A stretch of 64,000 nucleotides of DNA, taken from positions 6,118 through 70,117 of the IMG/VR virus record IMGVR_UViG_3300044956_001213; one strand, written 5' to 3'. Positions 1-11,800 of the stretch are shown here, piece by piece. The notes under the pieces are model-generated. The model saw nothing but the letters and a program-made list of their open reading frames with translations. It did no database searches and was not told where the DNA came from. Each line of letters opens with the position of its first letter. The first letter of the stretch is position 1. The position numbers and the translations under genes are program-made. Source of the DNA: a virus.

Positions 1-809
1 AAATGAGTTATTGTTTGCGAGTCTTTAAAGGATATCATTTCTGCCAAATTGTCATATATTCGATCTAAAAGCAATTCTTTTTTGATGCCTTTATTGTAGT
101 AAAAATATGAATGATCGTTTGTAAACACGTCTAGGTTTTTAAATTTATATGTAAAAACATTATCTAATTTAGATAGAGTATTTAGAAAATATTGATTATT
201 AGATCCTAAATGATAAGAATTTTTTGAATTAGATATTTTATCTTGAAAAATATTTAAAGAAGATATTAGAGGTTCATTTAACAGATTACAAAAATCATAA
301 TATCGAAACTGAACGCTATGATGATTGGTAGGAATAGAGTTCTTAAAGATGTTGTATCTTTTATAAACTTCGCTATTAAAAATTGGTCTTATTTCAGGCT
401 TAAATTTATCTTTTAAAAAAGATGTTGGGCAATAGTTGGGATACTTTATTACGTTAGGCGGTATAGTGATTTCATCACCATCTAAAAAAATGTCCCAAAA
501 GTGAACACCGGGCGTTTTTGGACCGTACTGGGTATGAATATATTTAGCACCGTTTAATATTAAATCGCAAGTTGAATACCGTTTAGTAGTAATTTTATCA
601 AATATATAAAAGCTGCTTATATCAAAAAGCTCTTCAAAATCACAATAACCGATATACTTATTACTAAAACTACTACTATTAAAGCAGAATTGCAACTCAG
701 TTTCATATCCTGCTTCCTTATATTTTTTTATAAAATTTAAATACTCAGTACAAGCACAATATAGATCGCCTAGACCGGTACTAAAATTATGCTGGATTAC
801 TATTTTCAT
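1..809 (-). CDS. Putative glycosyltransferase, fucosyltransferase-like GT-B fold (partial; runs off the window start; not in the ORF track)
   Basis: ATG at 809 overlaps the TGA of the upstream gene (ATGA). Reads MKIVIQHNFSTGLGDLYCAC... with an N-terminal GLGD motif and a downstream SVQFRYYD resembling the HxRxxD motif of GT11/GT23/NodZ-like enzymes. Confidence 0.55.
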   Translation of the reverse strand, partial: MKIVIQHNFSTGLGDLYCACTEYLNFIKKYKEAGYETELQFCFNSSSFSNKYIGYCDFEELFDISSFYIFDKITTKRYSTCDLILNGAKYIHTQYGPKTPGVHFWDIFLDGDEITIPPNVIKYPNYCPTSFLKDKFKPEIRPIFNSEVYKRYNIFKNSIPTNHHSVQFRYYDFCNLLNEPLISSLNIFQDKISNSKNSYHLGSNNQYFLNTLSKLDNVFTYKFKNLDVFTNDHSYFYYNKGIKKELLLDRIYDNLAEMISFKDSQTITH

Positions 810-1663
810 GGGAAAAACTTACCGTATATATTATGATCTTTGGTAATTTGTTTTTCGAGTAAAAATTTTTCTAAAAAATGTTTGTTGTTATTATGTGTAT
901 TAAAGTTAAATTTACCTCTTCTTATACATTCGGAGTATAAAAATAAAAGATAATCATCTTCTATGTTTCTTTCATCAAAAGAATAATTTTTAGTCAACTC
1001 AGTTTTTTTAAAAGCATACATATTAAAATCATAGTCCCAAAATCTCTCTGGCGTTTCCCAGAATTCGGTATTACTGCGGTGTCTTATTTCACCTCTAGTG
1101 TTTCTAACAAAAGTAATATCCATTTGATGGACTTCTAAGTTAGGGTTATGATAAAATAACTTAAGTAATGAACTCTTCTTCCAGATGCTCGGTTGTACAG
1201 AAAATAAGTGAAAGTAACTTGAATCAAATTTAATCAAAATATCATTAGGTAAATTATATTTTTGATAATTAGTTTTTAATGTATTCCAATCGTAATCATA
1301 TGCAAGAAATGAAAGATAATCAATATTGTTTTCAAGTACACAATTAAAAACATTTTTAAAATTTTCTATTTTAATATCTCTTATAAGTAGGTAATCCTCT
1401 AAAAAAAATAAAATATATTCAGTATCTATTTTATTAAGCGCATAAGTCATTACTTTTGCAAAATGAGATCCGTACTTATCTAGCGCAATATTACAGTCTA
1501 TTAAATTAAATCCTTCTATACTTTTGTATTCATCGTTTAATTTATTACATGCTATATATTTTTTAATATCTAATCCTTTTGAATGTAAATTAAATTGATC
1601 AGCAGCTAATTTTGCTATAGGTAAATACGTCTCATTAGTATACATCAAAAAAGATATACTCAT
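806..1663 (-). CDS. Putative GT-A fold glycosyltransferase
   Basis: EYILFFLEDY (DxD-like) and SVQPSIWKKSSL motifs typical of phage GT-A proteins; lies in a GT cluster. Confidence 0.6.
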   Translation of the reverse strand: MSISFLMYTNETYLPIAKLAADQFNLHSKGLDIKKYIACNKLNDEYKSIEGFNLIDCNIALDKYGSHFAKVMTYALNKIDTEYILFFLEDYLLIRDIKIENFKNVFNCVLENNIDYLSFLAYDYDWNTLKTNYQKYNLPNDILIKFDSSYFHLFSVQPSIWKKSSLLKLFYHNPNLEVHQMDITFVRNTRGEIRHRSNTEFWETPERFWDYDFNMYAFKKTELTKNYSFDERNIEDDYLLFLYSECIRRGKFNFNTHNNNKHFLEKFLLEKQITKDHNIYGKFFP

Positions 1664-1672
1664 AAGCGTATT

Positions 1673-1861
1673 TTAAAAAAAAATAAAATTTCTAGGCTTA
1701 CCAATATTATATCTATCAAATACTTCGCCTATAAAATGTTTAACACTGGGGTTAAAAGAATTAACGCTTTTATATGGAATTTCTACATTACATACAGCTT
1801 CAGCACCGTATTTACCAGTATAGTCATTACCAAAAAGACAAAACCCTATAACTTTTCTCAC
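1673..1861 (-). pseudogene. Internally deleted remnant of a GT-associated phage protein
   Basis: N-terminus MRKVIGFCLFG..KY...AVCNVE is joined directly to a C-terminal FIGEVFD. Both resemble the ends of a roughly 200-aa family (KVISFSLWG...FVGQVFD). A late promoter is retained. Confidence 0.4.
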
Positions 1862-2019
1862 TAATATATTTATAATCTATATTCCTGAATTTTTTTATAT
1901 ACCAATTATAGAGATTTTTATAATCTTTAATAATCATAGTGTTTAATTTTTTTTAAAATAAAGAAAAACACGTTTAACGTTCAGGTTAAACTTTATAGTA
2001 TATAGCTACTTTCGTATAG

Positions 2020-3309
2020 TCAACTAGGCCTGTCACCGATTTGTCCGGTGATCGGATCAGCCCAGCCTTTAGATACGCTATGTGGCCAGACAATCCAGCT
2101 GCGAGGCATTTCTTCTGCATTAAACTCACGCCAAACTTTACAATATTTGTCGGGGTCGTTAAACATTCTATCTATCTCAGCTCTATCTGCGTCTCTCCTG
2201 TATACATCCTTACCTTCATTATCCTTAAAAGCCACGCACCAAAAATCATAATCTTTCTCAGGTACTTGTTCATATCTTATATCAATACAGTGCTTAAAAA
2301 TTTTGAGAAACGATTTTTCATATTCTTCTAAAGATAATTTATCATTAGGATTAGGTGCAAGATTATTATCTAAAGTCCATCGTTGTACTGCGCGTTTCTT
2401 AAAGCATAAGCCAGAATACTTTTCATAATCTGCAACAGAACGAATCAAACCAAAGTCATATTTACCAAAATCTATATCTTTTTTTTCACCATCCATCTCA
2501 AACAACTTTCTATTTCTTAAATGGGATGCTTTGTTGAGATCGCCCCATTTATGCACATCATCCCAGTGTTTAGATCGGCCTTTTCTCGTATACTCATGCC
2601 AAGCTACGACAATATGGGGATGAAATAAATCATATCCCCACGTAAAAGAGCGCACAGCTAAATTAATTTCTTCGCCATGAAAATAATAAAAGGGGTCATA
2701 AGGCACTTCTTTGACCCATTTACCAAGAGTAAAGATGAAATGAGCTGAAACAAAGCGCGCAGGTAACGGTTCTGCTCTAGACTTATAATCATCAATAGAT
2801 GCAGGTAAGAAAAAAACTGCACCTTCAGGTATAAATCTATCAAAATTCATCTTCCACGGTGTTTGAATTCTCTCTGAAGGGTCGTTATCCGGATTAAAAC
2901 TAGAAATATAGCCGGTAAGAAGAGGTTTTTTATGACCCTTATTTTGTAACTGCTTAATCATTTCAATACACTTTTCATCCCAATTTTGTACAAATCTATG
3001 ATGACTATCTAATTGAAAATAATATTTTTCATTCTTAAACAATCTCTCTTGAATCATCGCTCTTGCCCAGCACGTGCCCTTACTCTCCGTATAATTAATA
3101 TTAATATATTTAACGCGTGGGTCATTTTGAAATTCTTCTAAAGATTCTTTTTCGTCGCGCTGCCAACAAATACCAAAAACTAAATTTTCTGGATTTTTGG
3201 CATTTTTCACACAATCTCTAAGCGTGGGAACTAGTTGAGGATCGCGATATGAGGCAATTGAAATAAAAATTTTATCTTTCGAAGCTTTTACAGAACCCTT
3301 CTTTTTCAC
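2020..3309 (-). CDS. GT60-like polypeptide alpha-N-acetylglucosaminyltransferase (Skp1/mucin-type GlcNAc transferase family)
   Basis: IFISIASYRDPQL, GTCWAR, QLDSHHRF and FHGEE..LAVRSFTWGYD motifs; GTG start. Confidence 0.85.
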   Translation of the reverse strand: MKKKGSVKASKDKIFISIASYRDPQLVPTLRDCVKNAKNPENLVFGICWQRDEKESLEEFQNDPRVKYININYTESKGTCWARAMIQERLFKNEKYYFQLDSHHRFVQNWDEKCIEMIKQLQNKGHKKPLLTGYISSFNPDNDPSERIQTPWKMNFDRFIPEGAVFFLPASIDDYKSRAEPLPARFVSAHFIFTLGKWVKEVPYDPFYYFHGEEINLAVRSFTWGYDLFHPHIVVAWHEYTRKGRSKHWDDVHKWGDLNKASHLRNRKLFEMDGEKKDIDFGKYDFGLIRSVADYEKYSGLCFKKRAVQRWTLDNNLAPNPNDKLSLEEYEKSFLKIFKHCIDIRYEQVPEKDYDFWCVAFKDNEGKDVYRRDADRAEIDRMFNDPDKYCKVWREFNAEEMPRSWIVWPHSVSKGWADPITGQIGDRPS

Positions 3310-3343
3310 TAATTTATTTTAATATAGTATAAGTAAAAATCAA
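3310..3343 (-). promoter_or_regulatory. Sigma70-type promoter TTGATT-N16-TAAAAT-N6-GTG (leaderless)
   Basis: -35 at 3338-3343, -10 at 3316-3321, start codon at 3309. Confidence 0.6.
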
Positions 3344-3365
3344 AGATTTTTTTTAAAAAAATAAA

Positions 3366-5669
3366 TTAGTAATGAAATCTTAAAGTTATATTTGAAAGAT
3401 CACCTGTGTCGATTAATTCAAAATCTTGTATATACACCTGCCAAGTACCGTTCGCATTTAATGATGAAATATTATTGTAAACATCTAGAGTGGTGTTATA
3501 TGGTCCAACGGGACAAGGCGCATCCATAGTAAATGTGTTGCCTATAGAATTTGGTCTATATGTTCCGCTGGAGAAACCATCCCAAAGCTGAGTAGCAGTT
3601 TGGTCAAGAACAACAGTAGTATTTTCTGCAGCGGTATTACCTATTCTACCGTTCAGTATGCTAGTTATACCTGTAGGTGATACTAGTATTATAACAACAT
3701 CTCCCATGAAAGTATGAGAGAGGTTGTTGAGTTGTACTGATACTCTCGAACTACTACTTACTAACCCGGAAACATTTATAGTAACAGGGTATGTATCAGC
3801 TGTCTGACCATCTCTTAATATAATGTTGGAAGCATTATTGGACACAAAAGAATAATAATTAGGTATAGTGGGTGTGGGTGTCGCCGTAGAAGTCTCTGAA
3901 GGTGTGAAAGGTATAGTAGGCGTGTTTGTAGGTGTTTCCGTGGGGGTAGGTGTATTTGTCTTGGTTGAGGTCGGGGTAAGGAGAGGTGAAACCTCAAATA
4001 TTCTAAGTTCTGCTGATTGTAAGGTACCAAAGTCACCACCAACTAGATCTTGAATAAACAACTTCCAAGTACCGTTTACTTCTGCAGGTGATATATATCC
4101 AAATGCATCATAAAGTGTAGTGCTGTGCGGACCTGAAGGGCATGGTGCGTCTAATATAAACTCATCAGAAATAGTATTTGGTTTAAATCTGCCAGAAGAA
4201 TAACCATTCCATAGAGTCGGGGAATCGTCATCCAATAAAACATAAACATCTACTGCATTGAATGCACCTATTCTTCCAGATATAACGCATGTTTTGCCTG
4301 TTGGTGAGACTAGTATCATAGCCACATCTGAAGGTGCAGTATGGTTATAACCGTTAAGCTTTATAGCTACTTTACTAATTGTATTGGTAATACCAGATAC
4401 ATTAAATTCAACAGGATATGGTATAGATGCAGTACTATCGGGAATATCTATATTTGTAGCTGTAGATAAGAAGTTAATCCAATCTGGTATAGTTGGTGTA
4501 ACCGTATGTGTAGGGGTTTGTGTTCTCGTTGGTGTTTGTGTTCTTGTAGGTGTATTGGTAGATGTTTGTGTTCTGGTAACAGAAGGTGTAATAGAAATAG
4601 TAGGTGTCATAGTAGGTGTTTGTGTCATTGTGGGTGTTAAAGTTGGTGTTAAAGTTGGTGTTCTTGTATTTGTAGGTGTCTTTGTTGGCGTTTTTGTTGG
4701 TGTCGCTGTTTTTGTAGGTGTAATTGTCGGTGTTTTAGTAAGTGTCGTTGTTGGAGTAATGGTTAATGTAGCTGTTTTTGTTGGTGTAATTGAAATAGTG
4801 GGTGTGCGTGTTGGTGTAATTGAAATAGTGGGTGTGCGTGTCGGTGTAATTGAAATAGTAGGTGTGCGTGTTGGTGTAATTGAAATAGTAGGTGTAACAG
4901 TCGGCGTTACTGTTCTAGTTGGTGTAACAGTCGGTGTAACTGTAGGTGTTAAGAATATTCCATTTTCCTGAATATTCTTAACAGCAAAATTTGTTAATAA
5001 TGCGCCGTTACTAAAAGATAATATAGGAGCAACACTAGCAGGTAAGCTTATAGGTAATTTTATATTTTTTAGTAATACAAACTTTTCATTAGGTTTTTTA
5101 TGTTCAATAATCACATTATTACCTAAATTTGTTATTCTTATTCTAAATCTGCTAAATGGCTTGGCGCTTGGTGATTGAGTGTATAGAGTAATATCTTCAA
5201 AGTCAGGATTGCCGCTAAGAGCGAACCTACCTATAGTATTAAAACCATTACTAGGACCCGATCTTAAAGTAATACTATTGGGCAACGCATCAGGATATCC
5301 ATCAGTCAATATTAAATCGTCGCTACCGAAATTACCTGTAATATCAAAACCTATTATTAACGCGGTGTTAGCAATTCCAGGATAATTTAGTCCTACTAAA
5401 ATAATAAACGGTGGATACGGAATGTAAACTGCTGACTGTGCAAAAAGTGTACAGACACCTAGACCCGGTCCGGGGCCGCCATATTTAAAACCATCTGTAC
5501 CCCCATTGCTATCTATAAAAGTTAGCGCAAAACCTTCAGTCCCTGAAGAATAAGGACCGTAGCACGAATAATCAAAAGAAATTAAAACATCTTTAGTGGT
5601 ATCAATAAACTTTAATGTTTTGTCGTAAATTAACCCTGTCTTATTGCTATCCGTAAGAGTAAATGGCAT
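3366..5669 (-). CDS. Virion surface protein: L-type lectin-like N-domain, Thr/Pro mucin-like linker, two proprotein-convertase P-domain-like modules
   Basis: EGFALTF...GGPGPGLG...IGFD (legume-lectin-like); long TPT repeats; two repeats of HT..(S/G)DV..ILVSPTG...NGTW...IQD....D.G.L. Confidence 0.7.
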   Translation of the reverse strand: MPFTLTDSNKTGLIYDKTLKFIDTTKDVLISFDYSCYGPYSSGTEGFALTFIDSNGGTDGFKYGGPGPGLGVCTLFAQSAVYIPYPPFIILVGLNYPGIANTALIIGFDITGNFGSDDLILTDGYPDALPNSITLRSGPSNGFNTIGRFALSGNPDFEDITLYTQSPSAKPFSRFRIRITNLGNNVIIEHKKPNEKFVLLKNIKLPISLPASVAPILSFSNGALLTNFAVKNIQENGIFLTPTVTPTVTPTRTVTPTVTPTISITPTRTPTISITPTRTPTISITPTRTPTISITPTKTATLTITPTTTLTKTPTITPTKTATPTKTPTKTPTNTRTPTLTPTLTPTMTQTPTMTPTISITPSVTRTQTSTNTPTRTQTPTRTQTPTHTVTPTIPDWINFLSTATNIDIPDSTASIPYPVEFNVSGITNTISKVAIKLNGYNHTAPSDVAMILVSPTGKTCVISGRIGAFNAVDVYVLLDDDSPTLWNGYSSGRFKPNTISDEFILDAPCPSGPHSTTLYDAFGYISPAEVNGTWKLFIQDLVGGDFGTLQSAELRIFEVSPLLTPTSTKTNTPTPTETPTNTPTIPFTPSETSTATPTPTIPNYYSFVSNNASNIILRDGQTADTYPVTINVSGLVSSSSRVSVQLNNLSHTFMGDVVIILVSPTGITSILNGRIGNTAAENTTVVLDQTATQLWDGFSSGTYRPNSIGNTFTMDAPCPVGPYNTTLDVYNNISSLNANGTWQVYIQDFELIDTGDLSNITLRFHY
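4779..4895. repeat. About 4 tandem copies of a 30-bp unit encoding [10 protein letters not shown], inside a larger Thr/Pro low-complexity region (about 4490-4950)
   Basis: The unit ggtgtgcgtgttggtgtaattgaaatagt(g/a) is directly visible at a 30-nt period. Confidence 0.9.
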
Positions 5670-5672
5670 ATA

Positions 5673-8600
5673 TTAGCTTCCTAAAATAAATGCTCCGTTT
5701 AAAATATTACCTGCACTGCTATTAAGTTGAAAAAACGTGCTGTAGTTGCTTAGCTGAGAAGAGGTTGTCAATAAGTTTAAAGTTTCTGTATTTGTCTGCA
5801 TTTTAAACATTGTGTTAAATATATTAGTTATTATACCGTTTACGTATTTAAAGAAGATTTTAAATATATAAAATATATTTGACAGGTCTTTACCGAGATA
5901 TGTAATACAGTATAATTGTGTCTCATCATCGTAGCTAAATAATGGCTTATCGATTTCTACAATATTAAAATCAAGCCCTGTTCCAGAAAGAGAAAACATT
6001 TTTACATCATTAAAAGTTAAATTTTTAGATTTTATTGTTGGAAATAATTTTAATAATTCTACTGTACCCACATTAAATGAATATATTTCGGGATAAATAG
6101 CTTTAAAATTAGTGCTACTTAAAGTGGGGTAAAGAACTGTTTTACAAAAAAATACAACATTATCTATTTCGCTATACCAAGCAGTTGAAATTTTTTCTAA
6201 TTCTTTATTTTCACCTCTCTTTACAAAAGTATCATTTTTTGTTGTGTTATTAATAATGTTTGTTTTATAGTCAAACTTTATCTTGTCAAACAAAATATAA
6301 TTTTCAGTTTCAAACTGAATAGTATCATAATAAACATCAAAGTTTATAAGGTTGTTATAAATTTCATTTACTATTTTATTATCATACTTTACAAACATGC
6401 CGCTAAGAGCAGCTGAAACCGGTAGTATGATGGAGGAGTTGGAATTTCTGTAGTATAAATCACCGTAGTCAACATACTTTGTTTCGTACAAGCTTTTCTT
6501 TGTTGATAACCCCGTCACGCCATTAATAACAGTAGTTTTTCTTAATGGTATTCTGTAATCCAGATAGTTACTCTCTTCCACGTACCTAACTACAAATTCT
6601 AAATCTGTACCGCATGGTTGTGCGCTGTTAGCTAAGAACACACTACCATCAATATCTACTAATGCAGAGACAGGCGGTTCAAAAGTAAATATACCAGGAT
6701 TTATTATGTTAGGTACATAGTCTTCTTCTAAAGGTGTAGCACCTCCATCAAGTAACTCAGCATAATAAACATTAGAAAACTCACTAAAGCCGGGTAAATC
6801 AGAAGGAAAATCTGGTAAAAGCCTAGGTCCTGCAGATCCTGGAGACGTAAATGTAACTCCGTCTCTAGAGCCACAAACAAATTTTATTTCAACCCTATCT
6901 GGACAATAAGTTTCAGGTTGAAACCTGTAAGATTGTAAAGGCACTTCTGCACCAGTAATTGCAAAATAGGGTATACCTTCTGTGTATTGAGATGCAGAAA
7001 GAGGAGAGGGGGTTAAATAATCTGGGCCTTGCGTGTAAAAACCTGTACCAGGCGGTATATTATCTACAGTTTTTAAAATTATACCTGAAAATCCTTTCTC
7101 GGCATTTTCTTCACTGTAATCAAAATTAAACCCCGATACAGGGTCTTTAAATAAATGCCCATCTATTGATTTACAATAAATAAAAATAACATTTTCTTGT
7201 TTTGGCCTTTCATTTACAGGTATTTTTTCTGGGTGTACATCTTTGTATAGGCTAAATTCGTTACCATATATATCATTTTTATATTGTACAACTGTTTTAT
7301 TAATTGATAACAATTTATCAATTCTGTTATCTATAGGAAAAATATTTGACTCGTAAGAAAAAACATCTCGGTTAGCCCAAAAAGATTTAAACTCTCCGTT
7401 AAAAAAATCCTGAGGGTCTGTATATCTAGTAACACCTTGTACGCTTGTATTAAGTGATTGGTCTCTACTTTGATATCCTCTAAAAATTTGATAATAAGAG
7501 CTAGTATCGGGGTCACCGAATCTATATTGGTTAGAAAAATCAATTTTATTTAGATAGTTATATTCAAAAAAATCTAACGGTGTATGGAAGGTTTCTTTAG
7601 TAAACCCTGTAATGTTTCCAAATTTGTAGGGATTTGGAAATATATAAATATTATTCGCACTTAATTTATTTAAATTGGTTTTAAATGTTTGTCCAAAATT
7701 ATTAAAATTACAAAACCCAATTTTATCTGGCTTAAAAAATAAACCTATTTGTTTAGATGTTTTTGTAAAATCTACACTTGGTATTGATGCAATAGAAGGG
7801 TATCGCTTATTAAGATAATTGGCGAATTCGTTTTCTGCAGTGAATAATACGCCAGAAACGTAATTTGTTTTAGTACTACCAGTTGAAAGAAAATAAAAAT
7901 CAGTACCAATAAATTTTTGAATTTGACTCTTTAAAACATTTAAATTTAAATTGCTTTCTGCTCCAGTATTAACTGTATTTATAAAGTCAGAATCTTTGAG
8001 AAAGTTTAATTGGGTAGCGTCTACCTGGGGTGTTATAGTAAAATTATTAGTACCAAGTTCTATTAAAAAAAACGGATAAGATGTGATTGCATCAACTATA
8101 GTGCTATTAAAATTTAAAAATACGTCTTTATCTATTTCAAAGACATTTAATGAAAAATATTTTTCTCTATCTCCTGAAACGTTGTAAGCGGAAACAGGTA
8201 CATTTGGACTTATATCTAAATAACCTGCATAGGTATCGTAAAGATCTTCAACATCAATTGTTGTATTATCTCTTACTTTAGCTAAATCTAAATTTAATGT
8301 TTTTATGAGGTCTGTTAAATCTCCTGTTTCTAATGACTTTGAAATTTCATTGTAAATAAGCTTCTCAATACCAAGATTTGATCCTTTTAAATTGTATCTT
8401 AAATTTGCTGTTGCTACATCATCGCGTAATGTACTATAGTAAAGACATATTTCTTTAATTTTTTGTGAAAAAAACGGAACAGCTACTGCAAGGTCTCTGT
8501 TATTATTTATATCTATATTTTTAAGAAATCGTCTTTCATCAGTTGAAGTAAAATTTAAAACTATTTCATTAATAAGATTGGTGTAAAGCTCTTTTATTTT

Positions 8601-8825
8601 ATCTTTCTTATTAATTTTTGTATTGTTTTTAATTTCATACCAGTTATTAATGTAGGATTGATATCTTACAAGAAAATCATTAGCGTTTGTATATAGGGTA
8701 TTATTATATTTTAACCATTCCTGAAAAGTCAAAGGCTCAGCAGCGTCAATAGGTGAGTCTGGTGGATTTAATGAGGTGATAGACAGTTCTAAGCGTTCAT
8801 CTATATATCTGTTGGTGCCTAACAT
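5673..8825 (-). CDS. Large structural protein, probable baseplate wedge component
   Basis: 1050 aa; adjacent to gp6; YNLKGSNLGIEKLI resembles the P2 gpI/gp7-type wedge motif; late promoter at 8831-8836. Confidence 0.5.
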   Translation of the reverse strand: MLGTNRYIDERLELSITSLNPPDSPIDAAEPLTFQEWLKYNNTLYTNANDFLVRYQSYINNWYEIKNNTKINKKDKIKELYTNLINEIVLNFTSTDERRFLKNIDINNNRDLAVAVPFFSQKIKEICLYYSTLRDDVATANLRYNLKGSNLGIEKLIYNEISKSLETGDLTDLIKTLNLDLAKVRDNTTIDVEDLYDTYAGYLDISPNVPVSAYNVSGDREKYFSLNVFEIDKDVFLNFNSTIVDAITSYPFFLIELGTNNFTITPQVDATQLNFLKDSDFINTVNTGAESNLNLNVLKSQIQKFIGTDFYFLSTGSTKTNYVSGVLFTAENEFANYLNKRYPSIASIPSVDFTKTSKQIGLFFKPDKIGFCNFNNFGQTFKTNLNKLSANNIYIFPNPYKFGNITGFTKETFHTPLDFFEYNYLNKIDFSNQYRFGDPDTSSYYQIFRGYQSRDQSLNTSVQGVTRYTDPQDFFNGEFKSFWANRDVFSYESNIFPIDNRIDKLLSINKTVVQYKNDIYGNEFSLYKDVHPEKIPVNERPKQENVIFIYCKSIDGHLFKDPVSGFNFDYSEENAEKGFSGIILKTVDNIPPGTGFYTQGPDYLTPSPLSASQYTEGIPYFAITGAEVPLQSYRFQPETYCPDRVEIKFVCGSRDGVTFTSPGSAGPRLLPDFPSDLPGFSEFSNVYYAELLDGGATPLEEDYVPNIINPGIFTFEPPVSALVDIDGSVFLANSAQPCGTDLEFVVRYVEESNYLDYRIPLRKTTVINGVTGLSTKKSLYETKYVDYGDLYYRNSNSSIILPVSAALSGMFVKYDNKIVNEIYNNLINFDVYYDTIQFETENYILFDKIKFDYKTNIINNTTKNDTFVKRGENKELEKISTAWYSEIDNVVFFCKTVLYPTLSSTNFKAIYPEIYSFNVGTVELLKLFPTIKSKNLTFNDVKMFSLSGTGLDFNIVEIDKPLFSYDDETQLYCITYLGKDLSNIFYIFKIFFKYVNGIITNIFNTMFKMQTNTETLNLLTTSSQLSNYSTFFQLNSSAGNILNGAFILGS

Positions 8826-8833
8826 TTAATTAT

Positions 8834-11800
8834 TTAGTTGTTATATATTATGTTACTGCCGCTCAAAAACAGTCTTAATCCTTTAGTAAGCTCATAACTT
8901 AATATAGTTTGCATTATACCGCTATCTCTTCTCCATTCATCAAAAGAGCTGTTTTTAAATGATAGAGTAGTTAATATGTTGTCCCAATCTATTATATTGT
9001 TATAATAAGAACCCTCATACTCTAAATTAAAGCTAAAAAAATTATAGTAGTTTGATATTTTTATACCTGAAAGAGATCTGGGTGCAATTAACCCCCATCC
9101 CCAATCATAATTATATCCTGATAGTTTTATCTCTTGACCTAAAGTATAGCCTACTATATTATTTTGATTAACAAGAGTATAAATATCAGAAAATATTTCT
9201 TGTGCAACTATAGGTACTCCTGATGAAATAACACTAGTTAAGGTTGAAAGTTGTGTTCCTAAATTACTAGGGACTTCAGAGTATATACCAGTACCGGGTT
9301 TATAAAAATTATTAGAATATTGATTAATTTCGCCCCATAAATTTTTATGCTTTATTGAAAGAATATTTACTAACCTCTTAAGCTGCGGTGGGTAAGGGTA
9401 ATTATATTGTTCAAATTGTATGGTTAACTCATCACAAAAAGAAATTAATTGATCTATATTAGTTTTATCGATATCAGAAACATTCTCTACAAAATTTGCA
9501 ATTTTTTCATAAACAGTCTTTCCTAATTCGTATGGCATTGCAGAAGCGCCACCTACTATAGTTCCAATAAAGTCGTTAAATAATATAAGCTTATCTTCTA
9601 AATTTTCTGTAAAAATTAAAGAATTATAAAATTCATTTGCATTAAAATTTTCATTTACTTTATTAATGTTATATTTTCCTTTATCGCTAAAAATATTAAA
9701 CAAATTTGATTCACCTGTAATGGTTCTTACTTTTGTAGAGCTTCCCATATATTTATTAATCCATCTTGTACCTAACCAATCTCCGTAAGCTTGAAATTGT
9801 TTATCTTCAAAAGTTAGAGATGGGTTTTCAATACTATCTTCAGGAAAATAAAGAGGCTCATATTTAACTAAATTTTCACTAGTTGGAGGTGGTGTTAGCG
9901 TATCAATCATATAAAGTTTGTTAGTAAAATTGTTTATTATCCAGATATAATCAGAAGTGTCTATAGCTATGCCCCCTATACTACCTATATAGTTTGTGTA
10001 ATTACCTGTACCTGCAATATAGTTATCCACCTTCACACCATCAGCTCCTATAAGGGTAACGGTTTCCCTATCTTGAATTATCCAAGCATTTTGCTTGCTA
10101 TCAAAAGTTAAATTACCTATGAAATTAAACCCACCTATAGGAAAGTTAGGATGTAAAATACCATTTGAATCAAACTTATATAAAAAGTCTTCTCTACCAG
10201 TAAGGCTTGTGACCGGGCCGCTTAAGTTAACATCATAATTATAAGCAGTAACCCAAACATTTTTATCTCTATCGACAACAGCCTCTACAGGGGTTATTAA
10301 AGCCGGAAAATTAATCACTTTTAATACACTGCCGTTTGTATCGTATTTTACTAAAAAGTTTGAAACAGGGTGTGTATATGTTACCCATATGTTATTATCA
10401 AAATCTGTGTCTATACTTGAAGGTAGTAGTAAATTTTCTCCAGCGTATCCTTTTAAAGCGTTAATATTGTAATCGGAGCTTAAATAATAAACAAAATTGC
10501 TTGTATTAGGATACGCTACTGCTTTTACACCGCCTGTGTTTCTATCAATTTTTATACAAGAAACTGAATCAAATAAAGCGACCCATAAATCGCTATTTCC
10601 ATCTAAAGCTATGCTACCAGGAGCAGCACTAGACAGCACCGGTGAAAGCAGATTTCTGTAAGTTAACTTATTTCCAGATAATATTGGGTAATTAGAAAAG
10701 CTAAAAGAAGAAAGTATTACACCTCTAGCGTCTAGTTTAAACAGCGTATCTTTTGAACCATCTGCAAACCATGTATGATAGTCGCCCATAAACCCCCCGC
10801 TGCCGGAAGGTGCTACCTGAATGGCGTATACATTTCTATTTTCATAATTATAAATAAAGCTTTGAACTGACGTGAGTGTCATAGTGAGCACACCTGGACA
10901 ATTTGTATAAATTTGACGATTAAAAAATCTTACTAACTGATTGTATTGAGGTGCAGCAATCCAACCCAAAATAGAGTCTTTTGTATAATTAGGGGGATCA
11001 ACGATAGTTACGGACGCTGTGAGCTTTGCATTTACTGTACTACTATTTGGTATAAAATATCCTTTATAAAAAGCGCCTATAGATTGTGGGGTGTCTGTAG
11101 AAAAATCTTGATAGAAATTTACAGTACTAAGTCTCTTAAATGTAGTACCGTTTTGAGTAACTAAATCAAATTTAACATCAAATGAAGTAAGGTAAGATAT
11201 ATTTGTATCAATTGTGCTGGAAGAAAGTGGTGGATAGGATTTTGTGGTAAAATTATTAACATCCTTTAATCTTATTACAAACGGAATTTCAGTATTTTGC
11301 CAGCTTATTTCAGGTATGTTAAATTTAGTAGTTGAAAGTGTGCCCTCACCAATAATACCAGTGGTAGAAATACTAAGATATTCCGCAGGGTTATGTCTAA
11401 TTTTAACTATGGGATAAACTGAAGGTCTTAAATTATTGTACCCGTATGGCGGGTATTGTACGTATTCATAGGAATTATTGTAAGTTGTATATTTATCGTT
11501 TAATTTTGAATTGTCTAAAATACCGTACAAAAATATAGGTTGATCTCTACCACTATAATTTTTTACTCTATCATCTGCATAATAAAATTCGCAAGACCCT
11601 GAAGTACCAGCAAAAACACTACCCTCATCTTCTTTTTTACAAATTTGTAATTTATTATTAAAAATTCTTGTATAAATTTCTGTATTAGAGGTTTTTATTT
11701 TATCTATTAAAATATATTCTTCATTTCCTTGAATACTATTGATCCTATAAAATCGACTTAGTGATCTTAAATGTGACCATTTGTCTTTATAAAAATTTTC

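Noticed and set aside
1875-2019. Intergenic gap as a possible tRNA/ncRNA
   Set aside because: Very AT-rich; no cloverleaf, T-loop or stable stem recognisable. No tRNA was seen anywhere in the window.
4779-4895. 30-bp repeats as a possible CRISPR array
   Set aside because: Repeats are contiguous with no unique spacers and are in frame within a CDS.
4384-4971. 195-aa Val/Gly-rich + strand ORF (and 3868-4053)
   Set aside because: Antisense shadow of the Thr/Pro repeat codons; no promoter or start context.
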